The notes beneath the pieces were generated by a model. That model searched no databases, was not told the origin of the DNA, and worked only from the letters and a program-made list of their open reading frames with translations. A program made the translations under genes and the position numbers. From positions 37,597-101,596 of the IMG/VR virus record IMGVR_UViG_3300042868_010125: a stretch of 64,000 bases of DNA, one strand, 5' to 3'. The DNA is from a virus. Shown one piece after another: positions 8,172-18,428 of this stretch (position 1 is its first letter; the number at the start of each line of letters is the position of its first letter).

Positions 8172-9038
8172 ATGCCAATCCTAGGAAACACATCATCTCA
8201 CGGTAAAGGCTCACGTATGGTTACGCCCAACGTTGAGTATCTTGTAGTCGGAGGTGGTGCAAGTGGCGGCTCTGGAGGTCGCGCTGGTGGAGGTGGCGCA
8301 GGTGGTTTTAGAACTGCAACAGGTCTTGCAGTAACTGCTGGAACACCTTTAACTGTAACTGTTGGTGCTGGCGGTGCTGGTTCTACTGGTAACGGAAACA
8401 ATGGAAATGCATCAGTATTTGGATCTATTTCTTCCGCTGGCGGTGGCCGCGGTGGCGCAGGCATTAATGGACAAGTGGGAGTTGCAGGTGCGGCTGGCGG
8501 TTCAGGCGGCGGCGGTGGTTGGACTAACGGCGGTGGTTCTCCTGTTGGAGGTGCTGGTAATACTCCTTCTGTTTCTCCTTCACAGGGGAACAGTGGTGGT
8601 AACGGCGCTAATGACAGAGGTGCTGGTGGCGGGGGCGCTGGTGGCTCTGGTGACAGTGGCAATGGAGGTACCGGTGGCACTGGTGGTGCTGGAACTTCAT
8701 CATCTATAACAGGAAGTTCTGTTGGATACGCAGGCGGTGGTGGTGGTTCAGGTGGCGGAGGTGGCGGAAGCGGTGGTGGAAGCGGAGGCGGTAACGGCGG
8801 TAATGCTTTTGGAGGCCTAGGTACTGCTGGCGGAGTAAACACTGGTGGTGGCGGCGGTGGTGGCGGTGCAGAAGGCGGCACTACTTATGCAAGCAGAGCA
8901 GGCGGTTCAGGATTTGTAGCAATTAGATATGCAGACAGTTTCCCTCTAGCAACCGCAACAACTGGTTCACCAACTGTTACAACATCAGGCGGATATAGAA
9001 TTTACCAGTTTACAGCGAACGGGAGTATAACCTTCTAA
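8172..9038 (+). CDS. Glycine-rich domain protein, paralog 4
   Basis: MPILGNTSS, VEYLVVGGG; C-terminus nearly the same as paralog 3. Confidence 0.7.
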   Translation: MPILGNTSSHGKGSRMVTPNVEYLVVGGGASGGSGGRAGGGGAGGFRTATGLAVTAGTPLTVTVGAGGAGSTGNGNNGNASVFGSISSAGGGRGGAGINGQVGVAGAAGGSGGGGGWTNGGGSPVGGAGNTPSVSPSQGNSGGNGANDRGAGGGGAGGSGDSGNGGTGGTGGAGTSSSITGSSVGYAGGGGGSGGGGGGSGGGSGGGNGGNAFGGLGTAGGVNTGGGGGGGGAEGGTTYASRAGGSGFVAIRYADSFPLATATTGSPTVTTSGGYRIYQFTANGSITF

Positions 9039-9170
9039 TTGTCAATAGACAGTTTTACCCTCAGATTGAGCGTGTAAAGGTAAGAAATCGTCCAATGTGA
9101 CACTTAAGAAATCTCCCTAGGGGAGGCTATTAAATGTACAGTTTTAAGTCTAAGTCTGTATGATACAGTC

Positions 9171-9917
9171 ATGAATATGCTCAATAAAATCCATAATGAA
9201 GACTGTTTAGCAACAATGGCTCGTATGCCTGATGGTTTTATTGACCTAACAGTCACATCTCCTCCTTATGACAATTTACGCAAGTACAACGGTTACTCTT
9301 TTGATTTCGAGACCATAGCCAAAGAACTATATAGAGTTACAGCAGATAACGGAATGCTTGTGTGGGTTGTTGGTGATGCAGTCATCGCTGGCTCCGAAAC
9401 TGGGACAAGTTTCCGACAAGCACTCTTTTTCAAGGACATTGGTTTCAAACTCCACGACACAATGATTTACGAAAAGAACAGCCCTGCCTACCCAGCAAGT
9501 TCAATAAGTAACCGTTATACGCAAATCTTTGAGTATATGTTTGTCTTTGCCAAAGGTCAGGTTCCTAAACACCTTATCTGCGATAAACCAAATAAGTGGG
9601 CTGGCTTTAAGGATTTCTCTGGAAAACTTAAAAACCCAGTTCCAGATTTTTCACCTAGAAACAATATCTGGAAGTACACAACATCTTTTAACGGAGTGAA
9701 GCACCCTGCCCCATTCCCTGAATCTTTAGCGCAAGACCACATCCTTAGTTGGAGTGACGAGGGAGCCACTGTCTATGACCCATTTATGGGAAGCGGAACG
9801 ACAGCAAAAATGGCTGCTTTATTCAATAGAAATTTCGTTGGTAGCGAAGTAAGCAGTGAATACTGCGAACTAGCCAATGAAAGACTAAACAAAACACATG
9901 ACGAGAGAAGGAAATAA
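9171..9917 (+). CDS. Beta-class amino DNA methyltransferase, probably N4-cytosine
   Basis: TSPPY catalytic motif precedes HPAPFP and DPFMGSGTT (SAM binding). Confidence 0.9.
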   Translation: MNMLNKIHNEDCLATMARMPDGFIDLTVTSPPYDNLRKYNGYSFDFETIAKELYRVTADNGMLVWVVGDAVIAGSETGTSFRQALFFKDIGFKLHDTMIYEKNSPAYPASSISNRYTQIFEYMFVFAKGQVPKHLICDKPNKWAGFKDFSGKLKNPVPDFSPRNNIWKYTTSFNGVKHPAPFPESLAQDHILSWSDEGATVYDPFMGSGTTAKMAALFNRNFVGSEVSSEYCELANERLNKTHDERRK

Positions 9918-10168
9918 TGAATCTAGATAACTGGACACAACCTTTCGAGATTGCCTTTAAGTTGGCTATGTTCTCTTTAGGTTGGCTACTTGTATTGCTA
10001 ATTGGGTTTTTTGTACTTGCACTTTCAGTTGCACTTCTAAAATCTGTCCCTGCATTATTTAAGGGCAAAAAGAAATTAAAAAAGGCTACCTTAGAAGACA
10101 CCTATAACGATGCTATGAATCGATTTGCTAAGGCAAAGAACTTCAAGGTTGTAAAAGACGAAGAATAG
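9917..10168 (+). CDS. Small membrane protein
   Basis: Long hydrophobic stretch followed by a basic tail. Confidence 0.65.
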   Translation: MNLDNWTQPFEIAFKLAMFSLGWLLVLLIGFFVLALSVALLKSVPALFKGKKKLKKATLEDTYNDAMNRFAKAKNFKVVKDEE

Positions 10169-10231
10169 TCTTGTATACCGATTCTATATTAATAGCATAT
10201 AAAGCATATCTAGAGAAGGGTTGTTTTTTCT

Positions 10232-10888
10232 ATGACAGAAAATAAAAAGATAGCTTATTGCTATGCAAGAGTATCTACTCAAATGCAGGTTGACGACGGG
10301 GTCAGTCTAGATGCTCAGGAAAAACAACTTAAGTATGCAGCAGAGTCTCAGGGGTATGAGGTAGAGATGCTTCGTGAAGAAGGTCGTTCAGGAAAAAATA
10401 TCACTGGGCGACCTGTATTAACTGCTGCATTAGAGAGTCTTGATAAAGGTGAAGCAGAGGCTTTGTTTGTTACACGTCTCGACAGACTTGCTCGTTCTAC
10501 TAGAGACTTTCTTAGCATTGTCGATCGTTCACATAAGTACGGCTGGCGTCTAGCACTTCTTGATCTTGGTTTAGATACTGCTACGTACCAAGGTCGTTTT
10601 GTTGTAACCATTATGTCTGCAATGGCAGAGATGGAACGTGGAATGATTTCACTTCGGCAAAAAGATGTTCATCAAGATAGACGTGATAATAAAAAAGTAT
10701 GGGGTGTTGATTTAGGACCACTACCTTTAGTAGATAAATCAATTTCAGATAGAATATCTTCTGATAGAGATTTAGGTCTTTCTTATAAATCAATTGCAGA
10801 AAAACTTAATAGCGATGGGGTAAAGACAGTTTTAGGTGGAGTTAAGTGGTATGCATCAACTGTACGACATATTTATTTAAGGAAATAA
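10232..10888 (+). CDS. Serine recombinase (resolvase domain plus short C-terminal DNA-binding region)
   Basis: YARVST (catalytic Ser), GRSG..RP, RLDRLARS, AMAEMER, SYKSIAEKLN..W..STVRHI. Confidence 0.9.
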   Translation: MTENKKIAYCYARVSTQMQVDDGVSLDAQEKQLKYAAESQGYEVEMLREEGRSGKNITGRPVLTAALESLDKGEAEALFVTRLDRLARSTRDFLSIVDRSHKYGWRLALLDLGLDTATYQGRFVVTIMSAMAEMERGMISLRQKDVHQDRRDNKKVWGVDLGPLPLVDKSISDRISSDRDLGLSYKSIAEKLNSDGVKTVLGGVKWYASTVRHIYLRK

Positions 10889-10970
10889 ATAACGTAAAGT
10901 ATAATTAGGGAGTAATTTAGTAAAAAACTAAATTAATAAGACATAAAACCCTACCCCTGGGGGACTCTGA

Positions 10971-13610
10971 TTGACTAACTTTAAACGCAAAGTTTTCTTG
11001 TTTATTGGTATAAGTCTATGTATTACAGTTTTTTCAATAATGTCGCCAGATAATGCCAAGGCTACAGATAACCAAGAGCAAGTTATTGTAAGCCCTGCTC
11101 AACAAGCAGTTAACTCTGCCCTTTCAACTGCCACTATAGAGGTTCAGCAGGCTATCACAGCCACAGATAGCGCGGCAGTAGAAGTGGCACAAGCACAAAC
11201 AGAATACTCTCAAGCACAATCTATCACCTCAGAATTAGCATCAAAAATATCTTTGGCTAATGCAGAAATAAATAATGTTCAAACTGCAATTAATACTATT
11301 AATAATGTTGACTTATCTGTTACTCCGATAAATCAAAGTTCTCAAGTAGTTCAAGATGCAAAGGCTACAATAACTGTTGCAACTACAGCTATAAGTAATG
11401 TAACAACACAAATAACAGAGGCTCAGACAGCAATATCTGAAGCTGTTGCAGCAAAAACAGAAGCGTCTACAGCTCAAGCAACTGCTCAAACCGAATTAAC
11501 TCAGGCAAACCTTGCTATTGATGCTGCTCAAACAGCAGTCAATAATTTACAAGCCACTATTGGAACTAGCACAAATGTTTTGGCTGGAGTAGATGATGCT
11601 GGTGTTCAAATGAATCTTCCGTTCGGAATGCAAATGGGTGGAACTGTTTACAACAATGTATTCGTTGGATCAAATGCAACAATAACATTTGGAACAAATG
11701 AAGGATGGGTTTACCATACAACTCCAGGCGCACCGTCAGTATCTATTGCTGGATGGGACTGGACTACTTGGAGCACAGGAACTGGAATTACTTATGCAAC
11801 AACTGGTACAAGTTTAGATATTGCCTGGGACCTTAGACCTTTTCCTCAACAAGATGCTTCTACGCAGATGGTTCAAATAAGATTTAATGCTGATGTGAAT
11901 CCAAATGATGGTGCATGGATAGCAAATGTAACTGCTAATGGACCAATACCAAATCAAGCGAGATTTAATGTTAGAGAAACAACCAACGGTGCACTCATTC
12001 CAATTACAGATACTAATGCTGGAGCAGGCTTTGCTGGACAAATAAGTCAAGGTGCAGCATTTACTCCGTATGTGGATCCAAACACAGAAACAGTTCAGGC
12101 AGCGGTTGACGCAGCAAATGTAACGATTGCACAATTAAACTCAAGCCTTACCCCAGTCGTTGCCCAGAACACTACAAACACGTCAGCAATAAATGCTATT
12201 AACACAACATCTTTAACTAATACCGTAAACTCAGCGGTATCAACAAAGACATCTCTTGAGTCATCATTAAACACTAAATCAAGTCAATTAGTTACTGCAA
12301 TTAATAACAACATTCCAACCCCTGCCCCAATAATTTTAACTCCAATTGTTGCAGGAACTACTGCAACTATTACACCGTCTTTACCTGAAGGATACACAGC
12401 AAACACTTGGTTTTATCAAGTAGTAACAGATGATCCAGATGCAGAAAATCCATACGAAGGTGGAACATATAATACAGATGGTGCACCAGCATCTATTCAA
12501 TTAACTGGTTTGACAGAAGGCGCTACCTATACAGTTAGAGTTGCTAATTGGTCTGGACCTGTAAGTCAATATACTGAGACTGTTATTTCTGTACCCGCAC
12601 CACAAGGCTCCAATTTAACTACTGGTGGAAATAGTTCCCCAATAGATACAACTCCAATAGATACAACTCCTGTTGACACAACCCCTGTAGATACAGAACC
12701 AGTAGACACAGAACCAGTAGACACAGAACCAGTTGATACAGAACCAGTAGACACAGAACCAGTAGACACAGAACCAGTTGATACAGAACCAGTAGACACA
12801 GAACCAGTAGACACAGAACCAGTAGACACAGAACCAGTAGATACTCCTGCAGAAGAAGTAGAGGCTGTATTTGAAGAAAGCGAAGTATCTATTGAAGAAA
12901 TATCAGAAAGTAATGCAAACCTTTCTGTAGAAGATGTTCAAGAAATTATTACTGATTTAATTAGTGATAGTGGTTTAGACGCGTCTGAAGTTTCTGCAGT
13001 ACTAGAAGCAATTGCTGAAGGTGGAGAAGTGTCTGCAGAGATTGCCGCTGAGGTCTCATCTACATTATCAGAGGGCGGAATAACAGAAGCGGAAGCAGAA
13101 TTTATTACAGAAATGCTTTCTGCAGATGGAGAAATAACAACTTCTGAAGTTGTTAATCTATCAGAAGCATTAAACGAAGACGGTAAATTTACTTTAGTAG
13201 AAAAAGATTTAGTTGCAGATGTATTAATCTCATCAGCAGAGGGGGAACCAGTAACTGCTGCCAACATAGAAGCAGCAGGGCTTGAGTATCGCGACCTTCC
13301 TCCAACAATTCCAGTAGAGGTAAGAGAAGATGCAAATGGTAATCCAGTAGTTATTCAAGCAGAGGTGGCATCTGCACTGCTTGTATTAGAAAGTCCAGCA
13401 GCACTAGCAGGTGCAATTGCTGCTTGTTTTAATCCAGATGAAGCAATTGAAGGATTAACAGAAGAAGAAAAATGTGAATTAGGCAAGGCACTACTTAACA
13501 TGGGTGCTGACATGTCTATACCAGAACGTGAAAAAGCAGAAGACATCGTAGTTGTAACCGTAATTGCTGGCCAGATAATTCTTGGTACAGCATATAGAAG
13601 AAAGGTATAA
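10971..13610 (+). CDS. Large secreted/membrane-anchored surface protein
   Basis: Signal-peptide-like N-terminus, Ala/Thr/Gln heptad region, NIDO-like DDAG..LPF...VFVGSNATITFG, FN3-like LTGLTEGATYTVRV, PVDTE stalk, acidic domain, C-terminal hydrophobic segment plus RRKV. Confidence 0.7.
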   Translation: MTNFKRKVFLFIGISLCITVFSIMSPDNAKATDNQEQVIVSPAQQAVNSALSTATIEVQQAITATDSAAVEVAQAQTEYSQAQSITSELASKISLANAEINNVQTAINTINNVDLSVTPINQSSQVVQDAKATITVATTAISNVTTQITEAQTAISEAVAAKTEASTAQATAQTELTQANLAIDAAQTAVNNLQATIGTSTNVLAGVDDAGVQMNLPFGMQMGGTVYNNVFVGSNATITFGTNEGWVYHTTPGAPSVSIAGWDWTTWSTGTGITYATTGTSLDIAWDLRPFPQQDASTQMVQIRFNADVNPNDGAWIANVTANGPIPNQARFNVRETTNGALIPITDTNAGAGFAGQISQGAAFTPYVDPNTETVQAAVDAANVTIAQLNSSLTPVVAQNTTNTSAINAINTTSLTNTVNSAVSTKTSLESSLNTKSSQLVTAINNNIPTPAPIILTPIVAGTTATITPSLPEGYTANTWFYQVVTDDPDAENPYEGGTYNTDGAPASIQLTGLTEGATYTVRVANWSGPVSQYTETVISVPAPQGSNLTTGGNSSPIDTTPIDTTPVDTTPVDTEPVDTEPVDTEPVDTEPVDTEPVDTEPVDTEPVDTEPVDTEPVDTEPVDTPAEEVEAVFEESEVSIEEISESNANLSVEDVQEIITDLISDSGLDASEVSAVLEAIAEGGEVSAEIAAEVSSTLSEGGITEAEAEFITEMLSADGEITTSEVVNLSEALNEDGKFTLVEKDLVADVLISSAEGEPVTAANIEAAGLEYRDLPPTIPVEVREDANGNPVVIQAEVASALLVLESPAALAGAIAACFNPDEAIEGLTEEEKCELGKALLNMGADMSIPEREKAEDIVVVTVIAGQIILGTAYRRKV
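12639..12845 (+). repeat. In-frame 15-bp tandem repeat, about 14 units (PIDTT/PVDTT/PVDTE)
   Basis: CCAGTAGACACAGAA units; the GTTGAT variant recurs at 12729 and 12774. Confidence 0.95.
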
Positions 13611-13617
13611 TAGGAAT

Positions 13618-13803
13618 ATGAAATCGCTAAAGAAATGGGGCTTTGCAGCTCTAAATGAAAACTTTACATTTCTTGGTTTTTTTGTCGCCTGGGTTGTACT
13701 AGAGGGCAGTGCAAAAACAGTTGTAGGGTATGTAACAATAGCCTCAGTCGCCCTGTGGTTTGCCACTATAGGAATTAGAGAAAAAGCTGAAAAAGAAGAA
13801 TAA
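13618..13803 (+). CDS. Small two-TM membrane protein
   Basis: FTFLGFFVAWVVL and VVGYVTIASVALWF hydrophobic segments; ATG13618 directly follows the surface protein gene. Confidence 0.65.
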   Translation: MKSLKKWGFAALNENFTFLGFFVAWVVLEGSAKTVVGYVTIASVALWFATIGIREKAEKEE

Positions 13804-13900
13804 TAGCTTTTATACTAAAAATATATTGCCTAGCGAGTCGTAAAACCCGTAGCCTAAAATCTCTAGTATGCTATAGATACAATAAGCATAATGGAGAATA

Positions 13901-14368
13901 ATGAGTTCAGAGCTAGTAGCCGAATATAAGGTTAAAATTGAAGCACTTTTTCCACTGGCAAAAAAGGCTTACGGCTCAAGAAAACAAGACACTCCTGCTC
14001 ATAGAGCAAGTAGAGAGTACACAAGACTTTTAGTTGAGTTTTCTTCTTTAGACGGGAATCTTCCTGAACTAGCAAAAGCACTCAAAGTTGCATACCCTGG
14101 AATTAGACGAAGAATTATCATGGAAAAAGTCTCTATCTCAAGCATTAAACAAGAGAGAAAAGCAGATATATCAGAATTGCCTAATGCAATAGAGAGAATA
14201 AAAAAAGCAAAAGAAGATGGTGGATCTGTTTTTTATCATAATCAACTTACAAAAGAATATATAAATGGATTTTCTTTACAAGATTTAGCAAAGGGATTAG
14301 GGCTCAATTCCGCGGCTCCTTTATATTATGGAGTACAAAGAAGTCTTAGTAGAGCGAGTAGAGTTTAA
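13901..14368 (+). CDS. Two-HTH protein, positional candidate for terminase small subunit
   Basis: NLPELAKALKVAYPGIRRRI and FSLQDLAKGLGLNS HTH-like segments; ends 2 nt before TerL. Confidence 0.5.
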   Translation: MSSELVAEYKVKIEALFPLAKKAYGSRKQDTPAHRASREYTRLLVEFSSLDGNLPELAKALKVAYPGIRRRIIMEKVSISSIKQERKADISELPNAIERIKKAKEDGGSVFYHNQLTKEYINGFSLQDLAKGLGLNSAAPLYYGVQRSLSRASRV

Positions 14369-14370
14369 GT

Positions 14371-15789
14371 ATGGGACAAAGTTTTATGGAGAAGATATCT
14401 CTTCTTTCTCCAGAAGAAAAAGCTGCAATACTTGCTGACTTAGACCCAGAAGTTCTTCTCTGGGATTGGCACTCTTGGGCACGTCCAGAACAACAATCCC
14501 CTGAAGGTGATTGGAATATTTGGATTTATCTTGCTGGTCGTGGTGCTGGAAAAACAAGAGCAGCAGCTGAGTGGGTAAGAGAGACAGCAAAGTACACAAA
14601 CACTGGTCAAAGACGTTTTGCACTTGTTGCTCGTACTGCAGCAGATGTGCGTGACGTTCTTGTTGAAGGTGAATCAGGAATTATGAATGTGACTCCACCA
14701 AGTGAGCGTCCATTGTATGAACCATCTAAACGTCGATTGACTTGGCCTAACGGAAATACTGCAACCTGTTTTACTGCTGATGAACCAGACTCACTTCGTG
14801 GACCCCAATTTACACATGCTTGGGGGGACGAAGTAGCCGCATGGAGACAGACTCCAGATGCTGCTGGTATGACTGCTTTTGATAACTTACGTGTGGGAAC
14901 TCGTTTAGGTGCTAACCCACAAATTATGATTACAACAACTCCTAAGCGTGTACCGCTTCTTTACTCTTTGTTAGAAGAAGAAAAGAAAGGTAAGAAAGTT
15001 GTTGTTACTAGAGGCTCTACTATGGATAACTCTGGAAACTTGAGCTCTGCATATCTAGACACAATTATGGGAGTTTACGAAGGCACACGGCTAGCAAAGC
15101 AGGAACTCTATGGAGAAATGCTTGACTCCATTGAAGGTGCATTGTGGACAATAGAGATGATAAGTAAGGCTAGACAAAATGTTTTACCACCTCACACTCC
15201 TTTAAGAGTTATTGGCGTTGACCCCTCCGTTGCAGAAAATCCTCGGGACTCCTGTGGAATTGTTGTAGTTGCATCTACTGCTGATAGAGATTTATATAAA
15301 CGTCACGCTTGGGTTTTAGAGGATGCAACCATCCACGGTTCCCCAGAAGTGTGGGCAAATAAAGTTGTAGAGATGGCTAGACGCTGGGGGGCACCAGTTG
15401 TAGCAGAAGTAAATCAAGGTGGAGCACTAGTTACTAATGCTATTAATGCTATTGACCCCAACGTAAAAGTATTTGAAGTTCACTCTAAGCATGGAAAACA
15501 ACTTAGAGCAGAGCCAGTAGTTCTTGCATATGAACAAGAAAGAGTTCATCATATTGGATACATTGCAGAGTTAGAAGACCAAATGACTGCATGGATTCCT
15601 GGTGAAGGAAAGTCTCCAGATAGAGTAGACGCTTTAGTCCATGCTTTAACGGCTTTACTTATTAAACCACCTAAAGGATTTATTGGTGGAAAGTTAACCG
15701 CAAAATCTCCAGCCGCCAGAAGACTCCCAAGTTTTAGAGGCGGTTCAGGTGGAAGAAGTGGTGGGTCTAGGGTTTTTAAGGCTAATTAA
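14371..15789 (+). CDS. terL: Terminase large subunit
   Basis: Walker A GRGAGKT, LRGPQF..WGDE Walker B, ITTTP coupling motif, nuclease IGVDPS...PDRVDA. Confidence 0.93.
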   Translation: MGQSFMEKISLLSPEEKAAILADLDPEVLLWDWHSWARPEQQSPEGDWNIWIYLAGRGAGKTRAAAEWVRETAKYTNTGQRRFALVARTAADVRDVLVEGESGIMNVTPPSERPLYEPSKRRLTWPNGNTATCFTADEPDSLRGPQFTHAWGDEVAAWRQTPDAAGMTAFDNLRVGTRLGANPQIMITTTPKRVPLLYSLLEEEKKGKKVVVTRGSTMDNSGNLSSAYLDTIMGVYEGTRLAKQELYGEMLDSIEGALWTIEMISKARQNVLPPHTPLRVIGVDPSVAENPRDSCGIVVVASTADRDLYKRHAWVLEDATIHGSPEVWANKVVEMARRWGAPVVAEVNQGGALVTNAINAIDPNVKVFEVHSKHGKQLRAEPVVLAYEQERVHHIGYIAELEDQMTAWIPGEGKSPDRVDALVHALTALLIKPPKGFIGGKLTAKSPAARRLPSFRGGSGGRSGGSRVFKAN

Positions 15790-15809
15790 AATTTATTTAG
15801 CATTAAAAG

Positions 15810-18428
15810 TTATCTAGCAAATCTAGATGCAACAGACCAATCTACTTCTCCAGAAGGAACTGCTCTCGGAATGAGAGAACGTCCACCAACTGTTGCTTGA
15901 GAACCAGAACCAACAATAGTTAAGTTTCTATCCATAAGTTTTCTGTGGAATGCAATCTGAGTAAGTGGCTTTTCTCCACGTTCTTCACTCCATGCTCTGT
16001 AAACAGTGTAAAGCGTTTTTACAGATAAAGTAGAGCCCGCATTTTCATTAGTCTCTTCATTTAAGAACAAACCAATTCTGTCTTCATTCTTTCTATATAT
16101 CTCGGCCGCTTCGCTAACAACTCGACACCAACCAAGACCATCTTTAGAGCCAGAGCCTAAAACTTTAATTGCTCCTTCTACTGCCCAAGCAAGAACAGCA
16201 CTGAGTGCACCATCTGGGTCAAATATGTATTCTTTTAACTCTGGGTCAGGACTTTCTGGCACATGCAAAAATGGAACTGGTCTAATACGTCTCCACATAG
16301 CATCATCAGTAATTACTGGTCTGTGATTAGTACTTACCCATAGTTTTGCACGAGAACTAAAAGTAAAAGGTTTTTCACCAGGAGAACGAGCAGAGATTTC
16401 AGAAGAACCAGTTAATTTCTTAACTGAGTTTTCTTTTAGTCTTTCAGACTCAGGTAACTCATCTACCCACACCATTCGACGTCCACGCAACTCAGCCCAG
16501 TGGTAAAGGTCTTGGCTATTTGCTCTACCATCATTTTGCGCAAGAATACTTGAGTCCAAAGGCCAAGCATATTGCTGGGTACCTAAACACTTAACTAGTG
16601 CTTCAACAAAAGTATTCTTACCAGAACCAGCAGGACCGTAAACTAGAAACATAACATCATATTTTCTAGAACCAGTGAGAGAGTAACCAGCAGCACGTTG
16701 TAACCACTCTTGGAACTCTTTATCTCCATTAGTAGCAAAGTCTAAGAATTGTTCCCAACGGACATTTCTTTGACCAACAATGTATCCAACTGGTGCTCTT
16801 CTAGTTATAAATAGGTCAGGACGATTCTTTAACAACTCTCCTGTTTTAAGGTCAATAACACCATTCATTACACCTAATAAATTTTCATCCTTGTCCCACT
16901 CTTCTACATATCTATTAATTCTAGGGTCAGAGTTTCCTGCTTCAATTGCAGAGCGAAGACGACCAATTGATTTTGTTTGCTGAGCCCACTTAATAACTTC
17001 GCCTTGTTTATCTGGGTCATCATATTTAACAATCTCGCTGGCAATAAGAGTAGGAATCATTTTTGATAACTCTTTAACTTCTAAGCCTTCGGCATCTGGT
17101 TTCCAGTAACCATTATTCCAATGAAACCAGCCTAAACCAGGTGTATACCTAACTACATCTCTAAAAGTATCTACTAATCTACGACCATTTCCAATATCTG
17201 TAAGACTTCGCTTACCTTCTTCTCCACCATCTTCAACAGATATCGCATCCGTATCTTGAGGGATGTCTAAATTCTTAGCAGATAAAACTTGGTCGTTTGT
17301 GTAGCCACTTTCAATAGAACTAGTTATTGCACTATTTCTAGTGCTAGGAGTAGGAGGATGAACAACTCCCAAAACTGGTGTTATTTTTTCTACAGATGTT
17401 CCCTTTGAAGACGCTCTAGATTCTTCTTGAGAACGTACAGACCATTCTTGAAGCCCAGGCCATACTCTATTTGATTTAGGATTTTTTATAACAAAATCAA
17501 TTGCACGTCGAGTGTGCATCATTACGCTGTTAGTTCCCTCAAGTGGCATAGGAGGCTTAACTTTTTCAGCATTGAATCGAATCATCAAAGACTCAACAGC
17601 AAGACGACCTGCTTCAGTATTTACAGGAAACTTATTTGCAAGTGCACAAGCAAGTTCATAAAGACCGACTGCACGGTTACCTTCTTCAATACCTTCTTCA
17701 AGAACTTTATCAATATCAACTTTTTTACCTGAGTACTCTAAATCTTCAAATATTGAAGACCAATCTCCAGTACCAACATCAGTACCGCTAGACCTCTTTG
17801 TTCTTTTTCTTAAAACACTTAGTAGCTCTTCTGGCGCTTGAGCCATTTCCATTTCATGAGGGCCCTTGCCCTTTACCCACTCATAACAGTGACCTGAAAA
17901 GTGTCTAGAAGGTGCAATAAGAACATAACCATTGTGCTTAATATCAACGCCTTTTAAGCCTTGTTTATTTAAGTTTCCAACTAAATCTTCTGACTCACTG
18001 CACTTGTAAAATAAGTGACGACCACGCATGGCTTTTCCGCCACCAATTGTGTATTCACCAGTTATCGCTTCTACAGTTGGTGGAAGTGCTCCTTCAATCA
18101 GCTCTTCAAACTTTTCAAATGATTCTGGGCCACCAGCACGTGGGTCAATATCAATTACTAAAAATCCACTAGGACGACAGAAAACACCAATGTTGTAATC
18201 AGGTTGAGACGCCCACCATTCAGAAACTTTATTTACATCAGATGTAGCAGATGTGTTCCATTGATTTATTGCTGGGTGTTTACCAGTATCTTTTGGTTCT
18301 GCGTGTGAAGAGTTACAACTACATCTTCCATTTGCTATTCCATAACATGGAAGAATTTTCCAACCTTGTTCTGCATACCATTGCGCCCCTGGTGCAAGTC
18401 TGTTATTTGCGTACTCCCATGTACTCAT
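15810..18428 (-). CDS. Primase-polymerase fused to P4/D5-type SF3 helicase
   Basis: Prim-Pol motifs NIGV, VIDID, GRHLFY, GYVLIAPS; PriCT-like EGNR; TDIGNGRRL; Walker A GPAGSGKNT. Confidence 0.92.
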   Translation of the reverse strand: MSTWEYANNRLAPGAQWYAEQGWKILPCYGIANGRCSCNSSHAEPKDTGKHPAINQWNTSATSDVNKVSEWWASQPDYNIGVFCRPSGFLVIDIDPRAGGPESFEKFEELIEGALPPTVEAITGEYTIGGGKAMRGRHLFYKCSESEDLVGNLNKQGLKGVDIKHNGYVLIAPSRHFSGHCYEWVKGKGPHEMEMAQAPEELLSVLRKRTKRSSGTDVGTGDWSSIFEDLEYSGKKVDIDKVLEEGIEEGNRAVGLYELACALANKFPVNTEAGRLAVESLMIRFNAEKVKPPMPLEGTNSVMMHTRRAIDFVIKNPKSNRVWPGLQEWSVRSQEESRASSKGTSVEKITPVLGVVHPPTPSTRNSAITSSIESGYTNDQVLSAKNLDIPQDTDAISVEDGGEEGKRSLTDIGNGRRLVDTFRDVVRYTPGLGWFHWNNGYWKPDAEGLEVKELSKMIPTLIASEIVKYDDPDKQGEVIKWAQQTKSIGRLRSAIEAGNSDPRINRYVEEWDKDENLLGVMNGVIDLKTGELLKNRPDLFITRRAPVGYIVGQRNVRWEQFLDFATNGDKEFQEWLQRAAGYSLTGSRKYDVMFLVYGPAGSGKNTFVEALVKCLGTQQYAWPLDSSILAQNDGRANSQDLYHWAELRGRRMVWVDELPESERLKENSVKKLTGSSEISARSPGEKPFTFSSRAKLWVSTNHRPVITDDAMWRRIRPVPFLHVPESPDPELKEYIFDPDGALSAVLAWAVEGAIKVLGSGSKDGLGWCRVVSEAAEIYRKNEDRIGLFLNEETNENAGSTLSVKTLYTVYRAWSEERGEKPLTQIAFHRKLMDRNLTIVGSGSQATVGGRSLIPRAVPSGEVDWSVASRFAR

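Noticed and set aside
3687-8881. Pro-rich minus-strand ORFs
   Set aside because: Antisense shadows of Gly codon runs.
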